A DNA stretch of 64,000 bases from Chrysomallon squamiferum (Eukaryota > Animalia > Mollusca). The notes under the pieces were generated by a model. It worked only from the letters and a program-made list of their open reading frames with translations. It searched no databases and had not been told where the DNA came from. The stretch spans positions 22,878,001-22,942,000 of the forward strand of contig CM022672.1 in the NCBI GenBank assembly GCA_012295275.1. Direction: 5' to 3'. Positions 14,503 through 27,600 of this stretch are shown piece by piece. How positions within the stretch are numbered: the first letter of the stretch is position 1; every line of letters begins with the position of its first letter. The translations under genes were made by a program, and so were the position numbers.

Positions 14503-14885
14503 TAAATATGAACATACGTGCATGTCATATATAAATGCATACGAAAGTACATTTCAGATGTGATACATGCATATCAGATGAACGTACAACTTACAGTAAA
14601 TGTATATATCAAATGTGAACGTATATCTCAACTATAAAAATACTTGTCGAATGTGAACGCACATGTAAAATAAGAACGCACGTGTCGAAGAAGGTGTGTT
14701 TAAAATATAAACGTATTTGTCAAATGTGAACGTGCATGACATTATGAACGTGTATTTCAAATATAAAAATACATGTCAGATATAAACGTATGTTAGATAT
14801 AAACGTGCGTGTCAAATGTAAACATTTACGTATCAAATATAAAGATGTTTCTCAAATACAAAAAAATGTGCATATCAAATATGCA
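14503..14885. repeat. Degenerate 19-bp minisatellite (consensus ~AAATGTGAACGTACATGTC)
   Basis: Consecutive units such as aaatgtgaacgtatatctc, aactataaaaatacttgtc, gaatgtgaacgcacatgta, aaataagaacgcacgtgtc; roughly 20 copies. Confidence 0.8.
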
Positions 14886-15385
14886 CTGATGAAGTGCTTT
14901 CCCCCCCCCTTTTTTTTTTTTTTTTTAGCTCAGTAGTATTCCTAATCTAACAAACGGTAAGGTGAACAAGTAATAAAATATAAGAAAGTAGGTAATCCGT
15001 GTATTTTATCTATCTGTGTGTCTCTATGTACACAACCTTGTTTGAAACCCAGTTCCATTTTATTCTTAGCATTATCTATAATCTCTTTTTTTTTTTTTCC
15101 TAATCCTGTGAGTGAACAACTTCTGTCTAGCTGTAAATATATCTGCCTCTGTCTGATTCGTTTTATTCAGTAAAGATAACCCCTGACAACTGAAATGATG
15201 ACAAAAGACATTCCTGGAAGCTTAAGTCAAATAAGGGTAGGTTATCCAGTATGTAGGCCAAGATAGCAGGCTGAAACAAATGCACTAAAAGAAAGAGAAA
15301 TATTAGATAGTTTTAATATTAATGTCAATCGTATATTATATGTAAAATATAATAAATAAATAAATAAATATATATATATATCACT

Positions 15386-15460
15386 TGTCCTCCTTGTATG
15401 CTCATTAACTGTAGGTATACATGTGTCCTTCTTATATGTTCATTAGCTGTAGGTATACAT
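15386..15460. repeat. Two-copy ~38-bp tandem duplication
   Basis: tgtcctccttgtatgctcattaactgtaggtatacatg followed by tgtccttcttatatgttcattagctgtaggtatacat. Confidence 0.75.
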
Positions 15461-15684
15461 TAACTGACCGAATTAGTGTAACTCAGTCAACGAAAACGCT
15501 TACCAGGCCCACCAACCTATTGAAATACTTACAAAGAGTTTTGTTGGTCGTATGAGATTACTACGTTGCCAGTTAGGTTGAACTGTTTAAAATATTCATG
15601 ATTTTATCAAACAGAACGCTTACTCAGTTCTGTTAATATACTTTTTTCCCCCTATCAAAATATTACAAATATTTATTTATTTAT

Positions 15685-15726
<42 letters not shown>

Positions 15727-16242
15727 TTTATTTATTATTATTATTTTTTTTTTTCAAACTTTTTAGAATTTGTTTTTGACTCTTTCTGTCTCATTTTTTA
15801 ATTAATTAATTTATTTTAAATTATCTCTTAGAAACAAATAAAAATTAAATAAAGAACAAAAAAAAAATAATAATAATAATAAATAAATAAACAATAATAA
15901 AAAAAAAAAAAAAAAAAAAAAAACCTCATGGATAAAATTGCGAATTCTGAAAGGTAAGTGTTTTAAGTTTAATTTTTTCTGTTGAGATATTATTCTGTAT
16001 TTTGTTCAGACTAAGAAAAAGCAATATCGGTGTTACGGCGGCAGCAATAATGGTAGTAATAACTGCAGCATTAACACTAGTTGTGGTAATAGTAATTTTA
16101 TTAATGTTAATAGCAGAATTGTCAGTTTAGCTGCCATTCGTAATGCTGTCATGGCAGTTAGCATGCCAACCATATATCATCAATTTTGTACAGTGAGAAT
16201 GAAAATTATTTTGCGAAGACTATATTAGAAGAGTATGTTCAT

Positions 16243-16243
<1 letters not shown>

Positions 16244-16313
<70 letters not shown>

Positions 16314-16332
16314 AAAAGGATGAGTATATAAG
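16244..16332 (+). promoter_or_regulatory. (AG)n tract followed by TATA box, candidate proximal CYP26 promoter
   Basis: (AG)~33 at 16244-16310, then TATATAAG at 16325-16332, ~280 bp upstream of the ATG at 16604. Confidence 0.5.
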
Positions 16333-16603
16333 CTTACTAGTTGTTAATAATGCTAGCCGCTAGCCATCAAACCGTAGGTCACTGCAGAACGTATTGTTTT
16401 GAAAAAGGATTCGTTTGTTAACATTATTATTGAATATAAATGTCATTTAGATAAATAAACTAAATAATATATTGTTCATTCAGTACAATGGATATGAAAC
16501 CTCGAATAAAAACAAATTTTGAATTTGACCGAAACTAGAAAAGTATGCCAAGCATGCTCAGTTTTAGGCCAAGTATTTAAGAAATATTTTAGCTCTGAAA
16601 AGA

Positions 16604-19600
16604 ATGAAGTAAGTATGTTCTACTACAATCCATAAGTTAATTAATTAATTTATTATTTTCTTGTTTTGTATTATTATTATTATTTATTTATTTATTTATT
16701 CACTTATTTTATACAAATAACATAATTTCAGTTTATGAAGGAAGTCAGGTATTTCATAATTCGCTTTTTTCCACTGAAATATGAAATGCTAATTTAATTA
16801 TTTGCCTTACATTAAGTTGTTGTCTATAAAGAAGATGACAATTATGTTATGTTACCACATAAATTTCATTTATTTTTTTTTTTTATTATTATTTTTTGTT
16901 AATACTTAACGATTATAAGCATATTATCAAATTTGTTTTATTTTAGTTCGCAGAACATTTTTAACATTGTACGATGTTACCTGTGGAATTCTAACTACTA
17001 CACTTTCTTCCATTTCATCATCCTCTGGTTACTGTGGAGTTTGGCAAAATATCTCTGGCAGGTATATTTTCATAACATGCGTGATGTTAATAGCCCTTTA
17101 CCACTGCCTCCGGGAGAGATGGGCTACCCCATAATTGGAGAAACAATCGAATTTTTGTATCAGGTACTTTATTAAATTATTAAGTAAATACAATAAATAC
17201 TAAACAAAATACATTGTTATATAACTTGTTGTGATTCTAGCAATTTCTGTTTCACACATATGGGGATGAACATAATATACAAATATTCAGAGGGAGAGAG
17301 ACAAAAAAGAAAGAGGGGGAGATAAAATGTTACCTATAAACCTTTTCGGTTAGATTTATTATTAAAAACAACTGAAGAGTTGGTCTATATTTTCAATCAG
17401 ACATTAAAATCATTTTAAAAATTACTGAATATCTATTCAAAATAATATTTCTAATTCTCATATAATTCATAGGTAATAACGTTTATCAGAGTTTGCTCAA
17501 ATGAGACTAATAACGTTTATCAGAGTGTGCTCAAATGAAACTATCAGACTTATTTTAAAATATACTGAAGGGTGCCGATTTCTACAACCGAAGAATTTCA
17601 AAATATGGACGAATATTTAAAACACATTTGATCGGTTCTCCTACGGTGAGAGTGATAGGAGCTGAAAATGTCAAGAAAATTCTCCTTGGCGAACATATTA
17701 CTGTGGACATGAAACTTCCACGATCTACCAGAATTCTGATCGGTTCTGGTGCAGTAATGAACTCTGCCGGTGAAGACCACAGACTGCGAAAGAAATGTCT
17801 TCTGAATGCATTCAACAGAGATTTTTTGTCATCCTGTTTGTCGGATATTCGTCGAATTATTAGATCCTGGTGCGATGATTTGTGTGAACATGACGAAGTC
17901 CTGGGATTTGAAAAATGTCAAATTTTAATGACCACTTTGTCTGCTGAGGTCCTTCTAGGATTCAAAATTGAGGACAAAGAAAGATCCGAAGAACTAAAGA
18001 TGCACATGGAAAATATCCTGACAGCAGTTTTTACGTTTCCACGGCAAATTCCAGGTTCACGTTTTGCGAAGGTGAAATATTCAGAGTTCGATTCCGCTAA
18101 CATTCAAATCGCAAAATTTGTAATCAATCAATCAATCAATTATTCGATAGTAACTGTAATAAAATTTTAGGATAATTAATAAAATGGGGTCGTTTCTTAT
18201 TTCTTTTATAATATATATATATATATATTAAAAAAAATAAAAATAAAAAGATATTCACGAAGCGTTCGAATAAACATATTTGGTCAGTCTAAATAGGTTT
18301 TCGAATCTAAAATAACGAAAGTAAATATTTTTTTTCCTTTTATTATAAACAAAATACCTAACAAATCAGTTCAATTAACTTGCAAGAGTTGTTAGGTATT
18401 TAACACATTTTCATATTCACGTTTTTTCAAGTTAAACTTTTATAATATTACAAATAGGCTACTTTTTTTTTTCAGGAAATATCTTTTATTTGCACTTCCC
18501 ATACAACTATCCTGTGGCATTGTCCAGAACATAGAATAAAAGTTTTACTCCATCACTGAACAAAATATATTCTGTTTTATTGATGGAATTACTTTCTTTG
18601 TCGCTTCCTCTGTTACCACTATTTATGATAAACCATTGAATTTTTTTTTAACGTTATTCAGGGCATGAAATCCAGAAGTTATCTAATAAAGGAAATAAAA
18701 AACAGGCTTCAGAAAGAAGACATATCTCAGAGTAAGAGTATCAACATCACCGATGTTTTAAAATCTCTGCAAACTGCCGGCGATTCTTTAGATGATCTGG
18801 CCGATTCCCTGCTAGAAATGTGGTTCGCTGGACATGCTACACAGTCAAGTGCTGCATGTTCGTTGATCATGTGCATCGGCGGAGATGACGTCGTTAGAAA
18901 TAAAATAGAAGCTGAATTACAGAAATATAATCTTTCTGGAAACGACGACATCAGCATCACTTTTGATGACATCAGTCATTTACGTTACATATCTAACGTG
19001 GTGAAAGAGGTGCTGAGGTTGCATCCTCCAGCTGGCGGCGGATTTCGGCAAACTAAGTCAACTATCGAGCTTGGTGTAAGTTAGTTTACATCATACAGTT
19101 TTCGTTTTAAAATCATTTTCAAGTTATAAATTTTGGGCAATATAATTAAAGTCTTATAATTCAAAGATAAAAAAAATTATTTCTGATATTCGATGAAATT
19201 CAAATATATATATATATTTTAAATAACTAAAATTAAAAAAAAAAAAAAAAAGATAGTTAAATAAAAACATTAAAATTAAATAATTAAAATAAAAAGATGT
19301 ATCTTCTTTTTCGTTTTGTGCTTTTACCAATATATTTTGAACCGAGTAGCTTCTTCTTTCTTGCAATTATTACGAACACATTTTCTACAGTGTAGGTCAT
19401 GCTATATAATTTAAGGAAGCTGTACCACCTATTTTTTATACAGAGTTAATACATCGCGAATAAAAAGTCGTGCCAGACATTTGTTTCTCGTTTTTCCGAT
19501 TCTTCCTGAGAAGACATGTTGTCAGTAACATGTTTCTTGAATAAACTGTCAGATATTCCTTCCTTATTGTACATAGTAATAAAATAAATTGCAAACCATC

Positions 19601-20252
19601 AACTGACAAATCTGGCCTACTTCAGACTCACCCTGTATTAAAGGTAACGTCTAGACAGTGGCATCCAATCATAGAAAAGAACTTAAATAATTTGGAGGAT
19701 TTATATTTAAATCGAATAAAGTGTTTATTTTATGTTTCACCTGTGTTTAAATATTCAAAATATCTTCCTTTCTCATAATATTTGTGGGTCTTTGGGGCAT
19801 ACAATTAAGGAATTGACTTCGGACAACACCAGACCTCTGCACGCCACTGTCTAGATTATTTATTTATTTATTTGTTATTTTTAAAATTTATATTCTTATT
19901 ACAGGGTTATCAGATTCCTAAAGGATGGACAATTATCTACAGCATCAGAGATACCCATTTTACAACAGATCAGTTTTCCGATCCACACACATTCAAACCT
20001 GAAAGATGGGATAACTCAGACGAACAAAACGATCTTTCAAAAAGGTTTAACTACATTCCATTTGGCGCCGGTGCTAGAAGGTGCCTTGGTGAAAAATTCG
20101 CAAACTTAGTGTTAACATTATTCGTAATAGAGCTCGTTGGTCATTACAATTGGACATTGAAAAATAAAAACCCACTAATGAAGTATCTGCCTAATACGCA
20201 CCCCGCGGACAAACTTCCGGTTTGTTTTGCAAGAAAACGTCTTATCAAATAA
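16604..20252 (+). CDS. CYP26: Cytochrome P450 family 26 (retinoic acid hydroxylase-like)
   Basis: Exons 16604-16608 (or alternative 15928-15953), 16947-17163, 17571-18071, 18662-19075, 19905-20252 (~494 aa). N-terminal TM segment, then PLPPGEMGYPIIGET, the CYP26 signature KYGRIFKTHLIGSPTVRVIGAENVKKILLGEH, I-helix FAGHATQSSA, K-helix EVLR, PERW and heme motif FGAGARRCLG. The first exon is less certain than the rest. Confidence 0.88.
17474..17543. repeat. Two-copy ~34-bp tandem duplication just upstream of a CYP26 acceptor
   Basis: taataacgtttatcagagt(t/g)tgctcaaatga(g/a)ac twice. Confidence 0.8.
19656..19849. mobile_element. hAT-like MITE (~194 bp) in last CYP26 intron
   Basis: Ends CAGTGGC / GCCACTG, flanked on both sides by TCTAGA (gtctagac vs gtctagat if read as 8 bp). 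Confidence 0.6.
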
Positions 20253-21421
20253 ATAATGGGGCTGCTGTGACGTGATAAATACAAACTGTTTTAAAATTTA
20301 AAATATTTTATTAAGTTGTGTGACATTAGAAATAGAAATTTGTAACATTTTACATTTTGTATACAGAAACACTCTTATTTTCATGTATAAAACAAAAACG
20401 AAACAACACTAAAAAGTGGAAACTGAATGGATAATACACTGTAAAATGAGGGAAAAGTTTTTAGTTTTAAACAAATTAAAATGTCTTCATTTGTTAGTCG
20501 AAATATGTATGTAAATCTTCTGCATGCAAGATAAAGGAAAAGATGCTTGGAAATGGCTTTGTGGAAAACAATGAAGAGTTACAAGGATTTTTTTAACATA
20601 AGGGTTAAATTCTAAACCTGTAACAACAAAAACCAAAACAAACTACCAAATTTTTATGTTTCAGCCAACTGCATGATTTAATGCTAATTATTACTTCAAA
20701 CATAACATTTTCAATTCTACAAAATTATGAGTTTATGATGGTTAATAACACGAACATGTCACATATATACATTTCTTAATTTCTGACCAAATGATGAATT
20801 TTCAAATTACTTTTATGATTCTCTTTTAACTTTGTTCAGGGTAGGATTTAGGTATATTAGACTCTATGCTTTGTACAGCTATAGTGCCTTTGCTTTAATA
20901 ATTATTAACAGACATTCTGCTGATTGACAGAATGACTGGCCCTTTGGAACTGCGAGGCCTTACATTTCAAAGAAAAACAATTTAACAATATGATAATTAT
21001 GGTGTAATAACATGAACTGTAAGATTCCACTTTGTATTCTGAATATAATGAAAAATGTGAATATGATTCAAATACAAACATTAAAGGTCACTTGTCACTG
21101 TTAAAATGTCCACAGTCCCCACTCAAGTTCAGTGAAAAGCAGAACATTGTGTGTGAAAATATAATTCTTTCTCACTAATCAGCATTTTCACTGAATCTGT
21201 AAATCCAATTCATTCACTAGAGGTGACATAAAAATTGTTAAATTGTATTTAAATCTGAAATTTACTTTTAATAACGGTTATTGTCCTTATATTTAAAAGA
21301 ATTCCAATTTTATTTCTTCGATATTAAAACGATGACAAAAATCCCATTAAATAGTCTTCATTAAAGTTAATGCAAATCTCACTGTCAACAAATTTCCTCT
21401 GACTAAATCACTAATTCCCAC

Positions 21422-24400
21422 TTAATCACTGTCACTATCTTCACTCCCACTGGCTCCTTCTTTGACATCAACGGTGAACTTGTATTCCTGGTCACATCCC
21501 ATGTAAGCATCACTCATGAAGAATATTGTGTAACCATAGTGACCCATGGCAGGAGCCACAAAGTCAAGTTTGACCTTAGCCTTCTGTTGCAGGGTCAGTC
21601 TTTTAATGGACAGTAGGGAGTTGTTTTTAGGGTCACCAATCACCACCCACCAGCCTTCTTCACGTTTCTGGAATAAGTACAAACAACATAAATATCAAAA
21701 AATAATAAATTTATTTAAAGTTTTAGTTTAAATAATATACTATGTACTTTATATTAATTTTATAGAAAATATCTGCCAAAAAAAAAAAAAAAAAAAAAAA
21801 AAGAAATTTTGAAACAAACTAGTCACACTCTGTTTAAACCATGATCTGTAAAATTCATTTAATATTTTTGATGTTTCCTAATTTGAAATATATTTTCATT
21901 ATTTGTTTACACAATAATAAACCTTAAAATAACTTTCTCTCTTTATTCTATTATTTTACTATTACACATCAAGTGAAAACATTCATAGCACTGTGATGAA
22001 CAAGAAATTTTTTATTTTCATATTAGTTAATTAGCTTCAGTTACCAATGTAATGAAATAATTACTTATAAAATCAGCAACAACAATAATAATAAAGGATG
22101 AACAAATAAATAAATAAATAAATAAATAAATAAAAAAATAAATAAAAAAATAAAGGTTAGACAGACAGACAGATAAAAAATGACAAACCTGTGGGAAAAA
22201 TGGTGCAATAACTGGTCCTGAGACTTCATCTTCTCTCTCCAAAGTTATCACAACATTAACAGTTGAACCACTGAAATAACAAAAACAATGACTTTACTTT
22301 GTGTATAAATATATCATTCAATACTCAGGGTTCTAACAAGTAATTCACTGATAGAACAACAATGTATGAATGTTAAATGTTGAAACAAAAACTGATTTAA
22401 GTTTTTAAGAATTCAATTTGAATTTTTTTTTTTTTTTTTTGTTATGTTGTTTAATAAACTGATTAACTGAATGAATAAACATACAAAACCACATGAAAAG
22501 CCATATTTTTTTTTAAAAGATTTTTTCTTTCCCTTCACCCAAATTTTTGTTATTCACTTGTCATTATCAGAACAAATATGTGTGAAGTGTATTATTTGAT
22601 TTGATTAATATTATTAGATTTTAGCTGTCAACTTTTTTGTCCCAGACAGAAATCAGTTTGATTCTGAAATATGCTGTTCTTTGTTAAATATAAGTCAAAT
22701 TGACAGTTCAGTGACTGACATTAGTAACAAAGGAGAATAGCAAAGTCAATCACACACCTGTGGATGTTGTCTTTCTCCTGCACTTCATACGTTAGTTCAA
22801 TGTTGGGGTATCGATTACAGAAACGAGCAACATCAGCCATTTCTGATTCAGATAGCTGAAGAATTGAGTTCCTCTCCTCATCTTCCATTTCCATGATGTC
22901 AAATATAGTCTCATGTCCCTGAAATACATTCATATTCAGCATTGTGCATTTATTAGTAATTCGTGGTTGAAATTAAACACAAATTACAATCAAAAACTGT
23001 GATCCTCCTCAAAACAACAAGAAACCGAAAATTCTATTAATAATTACTTTTTATGGTTTATTGTAAAATATTAGAACTTTAATGTGTGTGTGCATGTATT
23101 GTGGTTTTTTTTTCCTTCAAAACTCCATCTTTTGCTTCCACAAATTCAATCAGAAAATAAAACATAAAATATCACTGTTGTCAGTTACTGACAAAAATGT
23201 CATTTAGCACTCTCAAAGGTTTTTTTTTTTTTTTTTATCTAAATAGTATTTAGCGGATTTAAAAAGCTGGTAGCAAAACAAACCTTTTCTTGAAGTTTTT
23301 TGATGATCTCGGGTGTGAAGTGTGGCAGCTGTTTCAGATACGAGTCCTTGCTCCACATAGCCTGTGTGGTCATCTGGGCCAACTCCATGGCAGCCAGTGC
23401 AGGACTCAGCCAGCCGTTGCTGCTTAGCACGTCTACACAAGCCTGGATTAATCTTACTGCCTGGATGTTATAAAAATAATAATAATGCAACAAACCAAAC
23501 CGTAACAATAAATCTACAAAAATCTAAATAACAAAGTTTGCAAATTAGAAAAAAACAACAACATAATAATAGCAAAAATCAAATACAAAAGCATTTGAAA
23601 ATTTTTTTTTAAATTAATTTTCATTAAAATGAGTGATATCTTTTTTAATTGTGCATTTTATAAATTTACCTGGCATTTTTTTTTTTTTTGTGCTTGATTG
23701 CATTTAAATGTTTTAATTCTCTTTTGCTTTTTGAAAGAACATGACAAAACACTTTGTTCTTCATATTCACTGTAAAGCTTCAGTGATACAACAAACCTTG
23801 TTAAGAATATCCTCTGTGTCTGACTGAAGTTCAGCAGACAGCTGCATGCGAGATAGATGAGCCTGGAGTAAGAGATTTGTCTTCAGATGAGGATCATTAA
23901 ACTTCGGGTTCATTATCTTGTTTGGTAGTCGGGATGACAACTGTAAGAAACAAACATTTATGAATTTTTGCTATTAATTAATACTGTTCTAATAATTAAT
24001 ATAAATTTCTGATGTTTTTTTTGTTTTTTTAAAAAATCTATACAGCTGTATTAGAAATTCATCAGAAACATTTAGCTGTACATTACATATAATAACCACA
24101 TCAAGGGGTCTTTCATAGTCATAATCTCTCTGACAGAAATACCCACTTTAAAATTAAAACAATGGACTCTGAATTTTCCCTAGGAATGGCTCCTTATCCT
24201 TCTCAGAGACATGAACTTGAAACTGTGAGTTAATTCTAGAACAAACTAACCTGTCTGAGCACAGCATCCTCTCCGTGTCGTATAGGAATGTTTTCATACT
24301 CTGCAGCACTGGAAATGATCTCTATGAGACCCTTTATCTTTGTCTTGTTGTTCAGTGACATGCTGAACAGCTCTGAAATGACAGTTTATAAATGATTTTT

Positions 24401-24620
24401 TTTTTTTTTTTTTTTTTTAACAATATAAAGAAAATATTAGTTGCACACTTTTATAAAAACCCACTCAAAACCACACAAACACCAACAATAATAATTTTTG
24501 CAAAAAGATGCCATATATCTTAAAACAAAATATGAATTTAATTTGCATTCATAACAGTAACATTAATGAAGCAATTGTTTTAATTATTTTCACGGTGTGT
24601 ATATATATAAGTAGATAGAC

Positions 24621-24657
<37 letters not shown>

Positions 24658-27600
24658 TACATACATACATATATATATTATTTAACCCAAAACAAATATT
24701 TACAGTGCTGCCTGTAATAAAATTATGTACTCACCAATGGTTGTGTAATTGATGTAGTAGTATGCAGCAATCATACCCAGATTGAGAGGAGCCACGTCCA
24801 TGTCATCTTCAACACTGATACACTGAAATGTGAAAATGTAAGAAAACTTTCTTTACTTAATTTAGAAAATGGACCATAATATAATTTTGTTCTATGAAGG
24901 TAAATATATCAGTGAAAGAAAACATATATATATATATTTGTTTAATAACATAAATAAACATTTATATTTTTTTTTTTTACATTTCATTAGGTTTGCAGTC
25001 ATTTTGTATTGATTATAAAAGTGAGAGAAAGAAAAATTTCAAACTCATATTTTATGAGGCACAGTGAAGAGGTTTGGAAACGAATAATCAAATGTGAGAA
25101 TATGCCTGGAATATAAAATAAACTGTTACCATATTAATAACAATAAAATTTTAATAAATAACTAAGAAACAATTTATAATAGGTTTGTCTGTTTACCTTT
25201 GACTGTTCTAGGTCATTGATTGTGTTCTCAACAACTTCAGACAGGTGATCAGACAGGTGACGATGAGACACACCTGAAATAAATATTATACATTTCAATT
25301 AATTAAATCATTTGTTATCTTCATAGACAAATATGTTGTAAATATCAAACAATAATAATCAGATGTAAACATTTTCAGATGTCGTATTGCTTGGGCTACA
25401 TTTACTGACTAAACAGAAGTTTTATATTCATCTCTTAAATAAAGGAAAAGTAAAATTTAACTTTTGTGATGTAACAATTAAAATTATGGGTTATCTAAAA
25501 GAGGTAAGATAATAATAATAAATAATCGACATTTTTGACCATCCTCTCAAATCATGCATTCAAAAAACATACTTCAGTTCAAGGAGATCTAACTGAAGAT
25601 GAATGGAAACAAAGACAAAAGGAAAAACACAATAAAAATAATTCATTTTATCCATATCTAACCTTGTAGGTTGTAGTAATTTGGGTTCTGAGTCATTCGT
25701 CGGTAGATAAAAGTCCAGGTGAGATAATCTACAGCATCTTGTTTGTTCTCCATTGTCTTGGTAACAATCTCGGCATTGAAGTGATCATGGAGACAATGGT
25801 CCAGATGACTTTCCACAGGCAAAGGTTCATACAAGAATTTCTTAAAGAATTCCTTTTTAGAACTCTGACACAGGATAACAGCTTTCCCTTTAATAGTTAA
25901 ACAAAGAATCAAGATAACACATTAATAACATAGTTACTGACAGGTGTTAAAACTCATTGGTTTGTTGTTCCTAATGTGTTTTATTCCATAAAAAATTTAA
26001 AAAAACTCTCAAAAAACCAACCCTATCTTTAAAACAATTTATCAAGTAATTGAAATTTTTAGATACCTCAGAACACATTTCTCATTACTTTCAGAGGTAA
26101 ATATATGAGTGTATTAATAAGAACTTTGTAATTTAAATTAAAACAAACTATCTGTAAACACTCATTTGTTTGTAGAAGACCACACAGAGGTTTAAAATTG
26201 ACATATTAAATGTAGAATACACAGTTGTCAACTAACCTTCTTTGTCTATCAGTGTTCTGTTAGCTCTACCAATCATCTGTAGTACATCAGTCACTGGGTA
26301 GTCTTCGTAACTAAGAGAATAATTAAAATACATTTGAAAATTTAGACTATGTACCAAACCAAATTAGTTATGTAAATTTGATAAAATTTGCTGTATCTAA
26401 AATAAATAATGGAAAATAAATAAAAAATATACAATTATAAATAAATCATCCATTCATTAAAGTTGATATATAATGACTCCTCTGAGGAACTGACAAAAAT
26501 AAAAAATAAGAAAACTTATTTTGTCATCACTTTGGCTACCAAAAGCATGACATTATCTGATACTTAGCAACAGATATTTCTTTAAAAAGAAAGCATTGCA
26601 GCTACAACGAACTAACCTGCAATGGAATTTGATTCACAAACATGTTTGTAAGGAATATCCATTACAATCACCAAACAAGTTACCAAAAAAAAGAAAAGAA
26701 AAGAAAATAAAAACAGAAAATAAAGAAAGAAAAAGAAAAACTAAAAAGAATTTGTAAAACTTTCACTTACGAATGTGTTTTGCCATCATAGTACTGAGTG
26801 TCCATCACTATGACTAAGTGAGCTGTCATACTCATGCCCCAGGCAAGATTCCTTGATGCCACTACAACTTGAATAGCTCCACTGGAAAAGAGCTGTTCAA
26901 TGATCCTTCTCTCTACCTCAGAGAGACCTTCATGCAGGTAAGCTACGCCATTTGTCAGTGTCTCCTTTAGTGTCTACAAAAAAACCAACAAAAAAACCCC
27001 CCCAATAACATTAATAAAAGAATAATGATGATAATAAAAATATATTAATAAAATTAAAGAGCAGTGGAATAAAAAAAAAAAAAATCTCTGAAAACTTCAA
27101 TGTTCTTCTAATTATACAGTTTTAATGAAATTTCCAGCATGATGTTTTGTAAAGCAAATTTATGACATTTTTAAAAATACAAAATTTGGTCAAATTCTGT
27201 TTTGCTTATTGTATAATTACAAGTCTGACAACTAATGTCATTAAATATTTATTAAATAGTTCTATGTAAATTTCTATTCCAAAATCACTGAAAGTATAAA
27301 TAAAAAATCTTTGTAAGAAGTTCATAAGAATAATGACTCACTTTATCAGTGATTTTTTCCAGGAATGGTTCCAAATCCTTCTCAGTGACGTGAAGAAAAC
27401 GACTGGTTGGTTTGTCTTCAGGTCCAGGAGACATTTCTGCTGCAGCAAATGTAAGAACATCAATGGCTGTGAGGCGTGTCTGTTTCCTAGATGGTACAAA
27501 TATGATGACAGGTTTCTTAGGCGAGTGCCTCAGGATACACTGATAGGCTGGCTTTGCCATGGCAATGATACGTGAAGTGTTGTGAGATATGTTGAAACCC

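Noticed and set aside
13650-16400. Canonical retinoic-acid response element upstream of CYP26
   Set aside because: Only a lone AGGTCA (~16377) and imperfect pairs such as TGAACAagTGATCT (~13653); no consensus DR1/DR2/DR5.
19441-19635. TA-flanked mariner-like MITE (CAGAGT...ACCCTG)
   Set aside because: TIR match is only about 7 of 10 bases; not supportable without other copies.
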